Origin: Gemmatimonas sp.
Lineage (GTDB): Bacteria > Krumholzibacteriota > Krumholzibacteriia > LZORAL124-64-63
DNA: 64,000 nt
Assembly: GCA_013824755.1 (NCBI GenBank)
Contig: PNOJ01000001.1
Span: forward strand, 14,474 to 78,473
Direction of reading: 5' to 3'
The notes beneath the pieces are model-generated. The model ran no database searches and was not told where the DNA came from. It was given only the letters and a program-made list of their open reading frames with translations. Of this stretch, positions 18,915 to 26,970 are shown piece by piece; position 1 is the first letter of the stretch, and each line of letters begins with the position of its first letter. The position numbers were made by a program, and so were the translations under genes.

Positions 18915-19537
18915 CCGAATCCGCAGAGCGGCGCGACGACACCAGGGCGCGGATCTTCGCCGACACCCTGCGGGACCACCGCGACGCCGTCGCGCGTCTC
19001 GGACCCGAGCACTTCGAGGCGATCGTCGCCCTGGCCGACGACGTCGCGCGGGCCTGGAGCGGGGGAGGCCGCCTGCTGGTCTGCGGGAACGGCGGCAGCG
19101 CCGCCGACGCCCAGCACATCGTGGCCGAACTCGTCGGGCGCTTCGAGCGGGAGCGGCGGGCCTGCGCGGCCCTGGCGCTGACGGTCAACGCCTCCACCCT
19201 GACCGCCGTGGCCAACGACTACGGGTTCGACGAGGTCTTCGCCCGCCAGGTCGACGGCCTGGGACGGCCCGGCGACGTGCTGCTGGTGGTGTCGACCTCC
19301 GGGAATTCCCCCAACTGCGTCCGGGCCGCGGAGCGCGCGCGGGCCGGCGGGTTGCTGGTCCACGGCTTCCTCGGCGGCGACGGCGGCAGGCTGCGCGGGC
19401 TGGTCGACGGCGCCCTGGTGGCGCCGGCGGCGGACACGCCGCGCATCCAGGAGATCCACATCATGATGGGCCACCTGCTCTGCGCCCTGCTGGAGCAGGG
19501 GCTCGCGGACGTCGGGCCGGCGGGATCCCGCCCGTGA
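18911..19537 (+). CDS. gmhA: D-sedoheptulose-7-phosphate isomerase
   Basis: GNGGSAADAQH, NDYGF, STSGNS, RIQEIH. Confidence 0.94.
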   Translation: MTESAERRDDTRARIFADTLRDHRDAVARLGPEHFEAIVALADDVARAWSGGGRLLVCGNGGSAADAQHIVAELVGRFERERRACAALALTVNASTLTAVANDYGFDEVFARQVDGLGRPGDVLLVVSTSGNSPNCVRAAERARAGGLLVHGFLGGDGGRLRGLVDGALVAPAADTPRIQEIHIMMGHLLCALLEQGLADVGPAGSRP

Positions 19538-20436
19538 ACGCCGGGACCGCGAAGGCGCTGCTCGTCAGCCTGCGGCCGCGCCAGTGGACCAAGAACCTGC
19601 TGCTGTTCGCGGGCCTGGTCTTCTCGCAGAGCGCCGCGGAGCTGCCGTCGATCGTGCGCGCCACCCTGGGCTGTCTGGTGTTCTGCCTGCTTTCGGGCGC
19701 CGTCTACCTGTTCAACGACTGCGTCGACGCGCCCCATGACCGCCGGCATCCCCTGAAACGGCACCGCCCGATCGCCGCCGGCCGCCTGCCGGTCGCCGTC
19801 GCGAAGCGTTGGGCCCTCGGCCTGGCGCTGGCCGCCCTGGCCGCGAGTTGGCTGTTGGGCGTCGGCTTCGGCGCCACGGCTTCGGCGTTCGTGGTGCTGA
19901 ACCTCGGGTATTCCCTGGGCTTGAAGCGGTTCGTCATCCTGGACGTGGTGGGCATCGCGGTGAGCTTCGTCCTGCGGGCGGTGGCCAGCGTCGAGGTGCT
20001 GCGACCGGTGCAGGGCGCCGTGCCGCTGTCGCCGTGGCTGATCCTGTGCACCTTCCTGCTGGCGCTGTTCCTGGGCTTCGCCAAGCGCCGGGCCGAATTC
20101 GTGCAAGAGGAGTCGGCCAACCACGCGGCCCGCCCCTCGCTGCGCCACTACGGCCGGCGGCTGCTGGACGTGCTGGTCCTGTCGTCCTTCGCGTCGACCC
20201 TGATGGCCTACGTCCTCTACACGTTGGCCGACGGGACCGTCGCGCAGTTCGGCACCACCCGGCTCGTGTTCACCGCGCCCTTCGTGGCGGCCGGGCTGGG
20301 CCGCTACCTGGTGCTGGTGTTCAAGGACGACCGCGGCAGTCGCCCCCACGAGATCCTGCTGACCGACCCCGCCATCCAGGTTGCGGTGCTGGGATGGATC
20401 ACCTGCGTCTGCCTGATCATCGGCCTGCACCGGTGA
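19534..20436 (+). CDS. UbiA-family polyprenyl-phosphate phosphoribosyltransferase (DPPR-synthase-like)
   Basis: RPRQWTKN, YLFNDCVD..DRRHPLKRHRPIAAG, KRRAE, RPSLRHY. Confidence 0.88.
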   Translation: MNAGTAKALLVSLRPRQWTKNLLLFAGLVFSQSAAELPSIVRATLGCLVFCLLSGAVYLFNDCVDAPHDRRHPLKRHRPIAAGRLPVAVAKRWALGLALAALAASWLLGVGFGATASAFVVLNLGYSLGLKRFVILDVVGIAVSFVLRAVASVEVLRPVQGAVPLSPWLILCTFLLALFLGFAKRRAEFVQEESANHAARPSLRHYGRRLLDVLVLSSFASTLMAYVLYTLADGTVAQFGTTRLVFTAPFVAAGLGRYLVLVFKDDRGSRPHEILLTDPAIQVAVLGWITCVCLIIGLHR

Positions 20437-20453
20437 CGGTGCGAGGAGTAGCC

Positions 20454-21212
20454 TTGGCTTCGATCGTCGCCCTGGTCCGGACCCGGCCGGAAACCTTGCC
20501 GCACGACGCCGCGCGGGCGCTGGCGCTCGCCGGTAGAAGCACCGGAGCCGGCCCGCGGGACGTGTCGGCCGCGCGCGCGGTGGGTCCCCACCCGACCGGC
20601 GGCATGCCCAACTGGACGCTCGCCGCCCTGACGGCGGCCTGCCCGCCGGGGGACGGACCGCCGCTGCTGGCGGTCGCCGGCGCTCTGCATCCGCGGCTGG
20701 GCGCCTGCGCCTGCATCGCGGCGCTGGCCGGAGCCGGCGCGGACGAGCTCGCGGCCGCGGTGCGGTCGCCGCAAGCGCTGCTGGACCGGGCCCTCCGCGC
20801 CGCCGTCGCAGGACCATGGCTGCTGGTGGACCTCACCGTGGCCGCGGCGCCCGACGGGCGCGCCGTGATGCGCAACCGGCTGCTGGCGGGGTGCGACCCG
20901 CTCGCCCTCGACGCGTGGACGGCGCGTTGCCTGGGCTGGGATCCCGAGACGATGCCGTGGCTGCGCGCCGCGCGCGCCGCTGGTTGGCGGTGGGATGCGG
21001 ACGGTGGGACCCTGGTCGGGGACCTCGACGAGCAGACCCGCTCCGGCGCGGCGCCGCGCCCGTGGCGGCCCGAACGCCGCTGGGGATGGGTCCGCCGGAT
21101 CGCTGCGTCGGGCAACCGTCGCGCCGCCGCGGCAAGGACGCCTTGGCACGCCCTGGGCGACGACGTCGCGGCGGGTCGCGACCCGGCATGGGAGGTCACC
21201 GCCGATGCATGA
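20454..21212 (+). CDS. Degenerate DUF362-like protein
   Basis: RBS GAGGAG plus TTG; VALVRTRPET and NRLLAGCDPLALDAWTARCLGWDP resemble the DUF362 termini; the middle is short and low-complexity. Confidence 0.5.
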   Translation: MASIVALVRTRPETLPHDAARALALAGRSTGAGPRDVSAARAVGPHPTGGMPNWTLAALTAACPPGDGPPLLAVAGALHPRLGACACIAALAGAGADELAAAVRSPQALLDRALRAAVAGPWLLVDLTVAAAPDGRAVMRNRLLAGCDPLALDAWTARCLGWDPETMPWLRAARAAGWRWDADGGTLVGDLDEQTRSGAAPRPWRPERRWGWVRRIAASGNRRAAAARTPWHALGDDVAAGRDPAWEVTADA

Positions 21213-22152
21213 GCGTCGATCGCATCCCGAAGACACGTCCGCCTGTCGCGCCGTGGTGGTCGCGGCACCGGCCAAGGTCAACCTCCACCTCGAGGTCCTG
21301 CGCGCCCGTGCGGACGGGTACCACGAGATCGAGACGATCCTGCAGACCGTCTCGCTCTGCGACGAGGTCCGCGTCGAACTGCGCGATCGCGGCGCCGGCG
21401 GACCTCCCCGGATCTCCCTGTCGGTCGAGCCCTTCGGCGCTGCGCCCGAATCCCCCCTGAACCTGGTCTGGCGGGCGGCCGAACTGTTCTGCCGGACCTG
21501 TGGGCTCGGCGGCGATCTCGGGCTGAAGCTGACCAAGCGCATCCCCACCGAAGCGGGGCTCGGCGGGGGCAGCAGCGACGCCGCGGCGGTCCTGGTCGCC
21601 TGCAACCGTCTCTACGGAACCGGCCTGTCGCTCGAGCGGCTCGAGGAGTTGGGCGCCGAACTGGGTTCCGACGTGCCGTTCTTCATCAGGGGGGGGACCC
21701 AGGTGGCGCGCGGCCGCGGCACCGACCTGCAGGCGCTGCCGGCCATCACCAAGGGCAAATTCCTGATCGTGAAGCCGGACATCGCGTTGCGGACTTCGGA
21801 CGTCTATGCAGGGTTGAATATGGGATTGACATTGCGCAGCCCCAAGGTTAACATCCGTACCGTTGAGGCCCTAATCGCCCGTTTTCCAACGGGTTCCTGG
21901 TTCGGGGCGAATCGTCTGGAAGATGTCGTCCTGCCCACGCAACCCGCCCTGCAACGACTCGTGCAGTCGTTGCGTGAGAACGCAACCGTGGCCCTGATGT
22001 GCGGCAGCGGTTCGGCGGTCTTCGCCGTCTACGGCGACGAACGCCGGCGGGAGTTGGCCCGGCAGGAGGCCGTGCAGCCCGGGTGGTACGCCTGGGATGT
22101 CGACCCCTGGCCCGGCGGTGCGCGTGTCAGGGATGACACCGACCGCGAATGA
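21205..22152 (+). CDS. ispE: 4-diphosphocytidyl-2-C-methyl-D-erythritol kinase
   Basis: APAKVNLHL, KRIPTEAGLGGGSSDAA, LGSDVPFF, GSGSAVF. Confidence 0.96.
   Translation: MHERRSHPEDTSACRAVVVAAPAKVNLHLEVLRARADGYHEIETILQTVSLCDEVRVELRDRGAGGPPRISLSVEPFGAAPESPLNLVWRAAELFCRTCGLGGDLGLKLTKRIPTEAGLGGGSSDAAAVLVACNRLYGTGLSLERLEELGAELGSDVPFFIRGGTQVARGRGTDLQALPAITKGKFLIVKPDIALRTSDVYAGLNMGLTLRSPKVNIRTVEALIARFPTGSWFGANRLEDVVLPTQPALQRLVQSLRENATVALMCGSGSAVFAVYGDERRRELARQEAVQPGWYAWDVDPWPGGARVRDDTDRE
21826..21854 (+). promoter_or_regulatory. Internal sigma70 promoter within ispE
   Basis: TTGACA-N17-TAACAT in a locally AT-richer stretch. Confidence 0.7.
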
Positions 22153-22189
22153 GCCCGCGCCGGACGTGCCACCACGGAGAGGTGCTGTC

Positions 22190-22513
22190 TTGGAAATCAC
22201 GGAGATCAGGATCACCCTGAGGGACGACGAGAAGCTGCGCGGTTTCGCGAGCATCACCCTGGACAACAGTTTCGTCGTGCGCGGCCTGAAGATCATCGAG
22301 GGTGCCACCGGCATGTTCGTCGCGATGCCGAACCGGCGCCGCAAGGACGGGACCTTCCAGGACATCGCGCACCCCATCAACATGTCCACCCGCGAGTGGA
22401 TGGAGAACCTGATCATCGCCGCGTACAAGCAGGAGCTCCAGCGCGCCGAACGGGGCGAAGTGCCCATCCTCTCCGGCCGCCACGAGGACTCCGCCCTCGA
22501 GGAGAGCTTCTAG
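22190..22513 (+). CDS. spoVG: SpoVG family DNA/RNA-binding protein
   Basis: EITEIRI...ASITLDNSFVVRGLKIIEG..GMFVAMP...FQDIAHPIN. Confidence 0.94.
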   Translation: MEITEIRITLRDDEKLRGFASITLDNSFVVRGLKIIEGATGMFVAMPNRRRKDGTFQDIAHPINMSTREWMENLIIAAYKQELQRAERGEVPILSGRHEDSALEESF

Positions 22514-22526
22514 AGGTTCGTCTCGC

Positions 22527-22601
22527 TGGGGCGTCGTCAAGTGGTAAGACACAAGGTTTTGGTCCTTGCATTCGCAGGTTCGAATCCTGCCGCCCCAGCC
22601 A
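22527..22601 (+). tRNA. tRNA-Gln(TTG)
   Basis: Anticodon arm CAAGG-TTTTGGT-CCTTG, T-loop, CCA. Confidence 0.96.
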
Positions 22602-22722
22602 TCCCCCCCCGCGCCCCCGATTCCCTGTTTACCGCGTCCGCCCCTTGTCCTATCTTTGCGCCGCGTTCACGGCGTCCCGGCCGTCCGTCCCGCGCCTCCG
22701 CCCCTCGAAAGGACCCCCGGCC

Positions 22723-23655
22723 ATGAACGAACTCGTGCTGATCAGCGGCAACGCCCACCGCGGGATGGGGGAGAAGATCGCCGCCCACCTCGAGAAGTCC
22801 CTGCTCAGCGTCGAGGTCGCGCGCTTCTCCGACGGGGAGATCAACATCAAGATCAAGGAGAACATCCGCGGCACCGACGTGTTCATCATCCAGCCCACGC
22901 AGCCGCCGGCCGAGAACATGATGGAGCTGCTGCTGCTCATCGATGCGGTGCGGCGGGCCTCCTGCCGGCGGGTGACCGCGGTGCTGCCGTACTTCGGGTA
23001 CGCGCGCCAGGACCGCAAGGACCAGCCGCGCGTGCCGATCGGGGCCCGCCTGATGGCCAACCTGATCACCACCGCGGGGGCGGACCGCGTGCTGACGATC
23101 GACCTGCACGCCCCCCAGATCCAGGGTTTCTTCGACATCCCGCTGGACCACCTCTACTCGGCGCCGGTCCTGCTCGACCACTTCAAGGACCGCTCGCGGG
23201 AGAACCTGGCCGTGGTGGCGCCCGACGTCGGCAGCATCAAGATGGCCCGCTCCTTCGCCAAGCGCCTCGAGGCGCCGCTGTCGGTGATCGACAAGCGGCG
23301 GCCGCGCCCCAACGAGGCGGTGGTGATGAACTTCATCGGCGACGTGCGCGGGATGGACGTCATCATCTTCGACGACATGATCGACACCGCGGGCACCATC
23401 ACCCAGGCGGCCGACGTCTGCGTGCAGAACGGCGCCGCCTCGGTCACGGCCTGCGCCACGCACCCGATCTTCTCCGGCCAGGCCCTCGAGCGCCTGGCGG
23501 CCTCGAGCGTGTCCGAGGTCGTGGTGAGCAACACGCTGCCCTTCTCCCGGGGGGCCGAGTGCCCCAAGGTGAAGGTCCTGGACCTCTCCGGCCTGCTGGC
23601 CGACGCCATCGAGCGGATCCACCTGGAAAAGACCGTCAGCAAGCTCTTCGTCTGA
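22723..23655 (+). CDS. prs: Ribose-phosphate pyrophosphokinase
   Basis: FSDGE, PYFGYARQDRK, DLHAPQIQGFF, DDMIDTAGT. Confidence 0.98.
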   Translation: MNELVLISGNAHRGMGEKIAAHLEKSLLSVEVARFSDGEINIKIKENIRGTDVFIIQPTQPPAENMMELLLLIDAVRRASCRRVTAVLPYFGYARQDRKDQPRVPIGARLMANLITTAGADRVLTIDLHAPQIQGFFDIPLDHLYSAPVLLDHFKDRSRENLAVVAPDVGSIKMARSFAKRLEAPLSVIDKRRPRPNEAVVMNFIGDVRGMDVIIFDDMIDTAGTITQAADVCVQNGAASVTACATHPIFSGQALERLAASSVSEVVVSNTLPFSRGAECPKVKVLDLSGLLADAIERIHLEKTVSKLFV

Positions 23656-23671
23656 CGCCCGGTCCCGGTCC

Positions 23672-23700
23672 TTGACAATCCGCCGGGAAAATGCTTTATT
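23672..23700 (+). promoter_or_regulatory. sigma70-type promoter of rplY-pth
   Basis: TTGACA-N17-TTTATT. Confidence 0.55.
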
Positions 23701-23861
23701 TGGCGGTCTTTGAGGCGGAATGACCGCCGACCCCGTGCCGGGCCGCGGCGCGACGGCGAAAGCCGCGCGACCGGGCGTTCCGGCGTGTCCCCCGGGGATG
23801 GGCCGCGGCACCCGGTGCCCGCGGCCGACGCTGCACACGACATCTGGTGGAGGCTGCTGCC

Positions 23862-24506
23862 ATGGCTCTGATCGACATGACCGTCTATTCCCGGACGACC
23901 GCCGGCAAGAACGCGAACCGCCGGACGCGCGCGTCCGGTCGCACGCCCGCCGTGGTCTACGGCAACAACCGCGAGCAGGCGAGCAACCTGGAGTTCGATA
24001 CCGTCCAGTTCGAGCGCATCCTCGACACGCACGGCGGCCAGAACCTCATGTTCTCGCTGAAGGTCGAGGGTACCGGCGAGACCTTCGTGGCCGTGATGCG
24101 CGACCTGCAGCAGCACCCGGTGTCCGACATGGTCTACCACTGCGACCTGCTGGAGATCCCGCTGGACGTGCCCCTGACCCTCGAGGTGGGCCTGAACATC
24201 CACGGCGAGGCGAACAAGCTGGTGCGCGCGGGCGACGCCATCGTGGACGTGGTGCGGCGCACCGTCGAGATCGAATGCCTGCCGCGCGACGTGCCCGCGC
24301 ACCTGGACGTCGACTACACCGAGCTGAAGATCGGCGACAAGCTGACCGTGCGGAACCTCGTCCTGGAGAAGGGCCGGATCCTCACCGACGCCGACGAGAT
24401 CATCCTCAAGCTGAACACCCACACCTTCATCGAAGCCGTCGCGGCGCCCGCCGAGGGAGCCGCCGCCGCCGCCGTCGCCACCGAGAAGAAGGACGACGCG
24501 AAGTAG
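23862..24506 (+). CDS. rplY: 50S ribosomal protein L25/Ctc
   Basis: GKNANRRTR..GRTPAVVYG, QQHPV...HCDL, C-terminal Ctc domain. Confidence 0.93.
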   Translation: MALIDMTVYSRTTAGKNANRRTRASGRTPAVVYGNNREQASNLEFDTVQFERILDTHGGQNLMFSLKVEGTGETFVAVMRDLQQHPVSDMVYHCDLLEIPLDVPLTLEVGLNIHGEANKLVRAGDAIVDVVRRTVEIECLPRDVPAHLDVDYTELKIGDKLTVRNLVLEKGRILTDADEIILKLNTHTFIEAVAAPAEGAAAAAVATEKKDDAK

Positions 24507-24607
24507 GCGCTTCCGGCCGACGCGCCGGTGCGGGATCACGGCGGGGCGGCTGCGGCCGCCTCGCCGTTCGCGTTGCGGCCCCGTCGCGCGCCCGAAGGAG
24601 GTCGGAT

Positions 24608-25294
24608 TTGCAACTGGTCGTGGGCCTGGGCAATCCCGGCGAACGCTACGCCTGGACGCGGCACAACCTCGGCTTCCGCGTGCTGGACGCCTTGGCCGCC
24701 CGCGCGCGTCTGCGCTTCGGGCCCGTGCGCGACGGTTGCGCGACGGCGGCGGGCAGGCTCGGGGCGGGCGAGGTCGTCCTGGTCAAGCCGGTGCTCTACA
24801 TGAACCGCAGCGGCGAGGCGCTGGCGGCTAGGGCCCGCGCCGAAGGCTGGCCGCTGCAGGCCGGAGCCCCGCCGCCGGAGTCGGCAGGGGACCCGGGGGC
24901 CGGGGAGACGGCGCCCGGACCGCCCCCGTCCGCAGGCCCGCCGCCCTCGCCCATGTTCCCGCCGCCTTTGGCGGTCTGCGACGACATCGCGCTGCCTTGG
25001 GGGTCGTTGCGCCTGCGCGCGGGCGGCAGCGACGGCGGCCACCGTGGTCTGGAGTCGCTGGGGCGGGCCCTCGGCGGCACGCGGTTCCCCCGGCTGCGGT
25101 TGGGCGTGGACGGCAGCGAAACGGGCATCCCGCCGCCGGAATGGGCGGATTACGTCCTCGCGGAGTTCGACGCCGCGGAACGGGCCGCTGCCGAGGATCT
25201 GGTCCAGGACGCCTGCGAGGTCCTGCTGACCTGGCTGGAGCACGGGCTCGAGACCGCCGCCGGCCGTCACAACCGCCGGGGCGGTCGTGCCTGA
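24608..25294 (+). CDS. pth: Peptidyl-tRNA hydrolase with a Pro-rich insertion
   Basis: VGLGNPG, TRHNLGF, KP..YMNRSG, GGSDGGH, RLRLGV, DYVL. Confidence 0.93.
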   Translation: MQLVVGLGNPGERYAWTRHNLGFRVLDALAARARLRFGPVRDGCATAAGRLGAGEVVLVKPVLYMNRSGEALAARARAEGWPLQAGAPPPESAGDPGAGETAPGPPPSAGPPPSPMFPPPLAVCDDIALPWGSLRLRAGGSDGGHRGLESLGRALGGTRFPRLRLGVDGSETGIPPPEWADYVLAEFDAAERAAAEDLVQDACEVLLTWLEHGLETAAGRHNRRGGRA

Positions 25295-25317
25295 TCCCGC
25301 AGCGCTGGTTCACGGGC

Positions 25318-25346
25318 TTGCGTCGGGAGGGGGGAACGGTTATCAT
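25318..25346 (+). promoter_or_regulatory. sigma70-type promoter of rpsF-rpsR-rplI
   Basis: TTGCGT-N17-TATCAT. Confidence 0.6.
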
Positions 25347-25440
25347 TGGCGGCCGGTCGTTTCGGCGACCGACGGCGTCCTGCCCGCAGGCCGGGATCCG
25401 GACGTCACAGCACAGGGCGCGGCCAGCCCGCGCGATCCAA

Positions 25441-25517
25441 CCCTGCCCGGAACACCGCCTTGGACCGGTTCCCGGTCCCCGGCGGAGCGATTTCGGGCCG
25501 TCAGTCCGAGGGGAGGT
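25441..25517 (+). promoter_or_regulatory. S6:S18 ribosomal-protein leader RNA
   Basis: CCCTGCCCG...CGGGCCG-TCAGTCC-GAGGGGAGG: stem, CCG bulge and SD sequestration as in the known S6:S18 motif. Confidence 0.7.
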
Positions 25518-25524
25518 CCAAGCG

Positions 25525-25929
25525 TTGAAGAAGTATGAGATCATCTTCGTGTTGCAGGCCGACGAGCCCGAGGTCGAGCTCGAGGCGCGCGTGGCCAAGG
25601 TCCAGGCGTTCGTCGAGCAGCACGGGGGCGTCATCACCGAGCGCAACCACTGGGGCGTGCGCCAGCTGGCCTACCAGATCCAGCACGAGACCCGCGGGAA
25701 CTACATGCACCTGCGGTTCCGGTGCGGCGGCGACGCCATCGCGCCGATGGACACGGAGTTCCGGCTCGATCACAAGATCCTGCGTCACCTGATCGTCGTG
25801 GACGAGGAGTGGAAGGAGCGCAACGAGGTCAGCATGGCCGAGAAGCGCCGGATCGCCTCCGCGGCGAACTCCCGTTCCCCCCGCTTCGCCGCCGTCGAGA
25901 GCCAGGAGACCGAGACGGCGGATGACTGA
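25525..25929 (+). CDS. rpsF: 30S ribosomal protein S6
   Basis: KKYEIIFVL, WGVRQLAYQI, ILRHLIV. Confidence 0.95.
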   Translation: MKKYEIIFVLQADEPEVELEARVAKVQAFVEQHGGVITERNHWGVRQLAYQIQHETRGNYMHLRFRCGGDAIAPMDTEFRLDHKILRHLIVVDEEWKERNEVSMAEKRRIASAANSRSPRFAAVESQETETADD

Positions 25930-25983
25930 GACGATCGCCACCGCGGCCGGCCAGGGGCCGGCCCCGAGCAAGGAGAGTGACGC

Positions 25984-26238
25984 ATGGCCAAGCGACCGGT
26001 GAAGGAAAAGAAGAAGCGTCCGCCGAAGAAGAAGAAGTGCTTCTTCTGCACGGAGGGCTACGTCGCCATCGACTACAAGGACGTGGACCTCATGCGCAAG
26101 ATGACCACGGAGCGCGGCAAGATCTCGCCGCGCCGCAACACCGGGACCTGCCCCAAGCACCAGCGCATGCTGGCGGCGGCGGTGAAGCGGTCGCGTCAGA
26201 TCGCCCTGGTCCCGTTCGTGAAGGAATACTTCCGCTAG
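25984..26238 (+). CDS. rpsR: 30S ribosomal protein S18 (zinc-ribbon type)
   Basis: [27 protein letters not shown]. Confidence 0.97.
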   Translation: MAKRPVKEKKKRPPKKKKCFFCTEGYVAIDYKDVDLMRKMTTERGKISPRRNTGTCPKHQRMLAAAVKRSRQIALVPFVKEYFR

Positions 26239-26248
26239 GCCGCCCCGG

Positions 26249-26304
26249 CAGCGGGAGCGAGCCAGCGGGAACGAGTCAGCGGGAACGAGTCAGCGAGAGA
26301 GAGA
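26249..26304 (+). repeat. 14-bp tandem repeat, about 4 copies
   Basis: CAGCGGGAGCGAGC, CAGCGGGAACGAGT (twice), CAGCGAGAGAGAGA. Confidence 0.8.
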
Positions 26305-26311
26305 CACTGCC

Positions 26312-26761
26312 ATGGACGTGATCCTGATCAAGAAAGCCGACAACCTCGGCGACGCCGGCGAGACCGTGAACGTGGCGCGCGGCTACGCGCGCAACTACCT
26401 GGTCCCGCGCGGCATCGCCGTCGTCGCCGACGACAGCAACCGTCGCCGCCTCGCCGAGGACGCGCGCTGGGACGACCAGCGCTCCGCCAAGGCCCGGCGC
26501 GCGGCCCAGGAGCTGGCGGCCGGCTTCGCCGACGTGTCCTGCACGATCGCCGTGCAGGCCTCCGAGGAGGAGCGCCTCTACGGCTCGGTCGGCGAGCGCG
26601 AGATCGCGCAGGCCCTGGCCGCCCAGGGCCGCGAGGTCGACCACAAGCAGATCCAGCTCGAGGAACCGATCAAGCAGCTCGGGGTTTACACGGTCCCGCT
26701 GCGGCTCCACGCCGAGGTCGAGGTCCCGATCAAGGTCTGGGTGGTGAAGGCGGAATCCTGA
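26312..26761 (+). CDS. rplI: 50S ribosomal protein L9
   Basis: GYARNYLVPRG, LYGSV, PIKQLG. Confidence 0.97.
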   Translation: MDVILIKKADNLGDAGETVNVARGYARNYLVPRGIAVVADDSNRRRLAEDARWDDQRSAKARRAAQELAAGFADVSCTIAVQASEEERLYGSVGEREIAQALAAQGREVDHKQIQLEEPIKQLGVYTVPLRLHAEVEVPIKVWVVKAES

Positions 26762-26846
26762 CGGCCGCACGGCCCAGCCAGGTGAGGACGAGCATGCGGG
26801 AACCGTCCCTGCCCGATCGCACCGACGGAGCCTGAATCATCGAGGC

Positions 26847-26880
26847 GGGGGGCCGGGGCATGCGCTGCCGGCCCCCTTGT
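26847..26880 (+). terminator. Possible terminator after rplI
   Basis: GGGGGCCGG...CCGGCCCCC hairpin followed by TTGT. Confidence 0.45.
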
Positions 26881-26970
26881 CCGTCGCGGTCGGCCCGGCC
26901 GCTCCAGAGCGACGGGCGCCGGCGCCTCGCCCCGCACGATGGCAACGCAACAGAACAGGAGCACGCGACC

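Noticed and set aside
26249..26304. Possible CRISPR array
   Set aside because: 14-bp units are contiguous with no spacers and there are no cas genes
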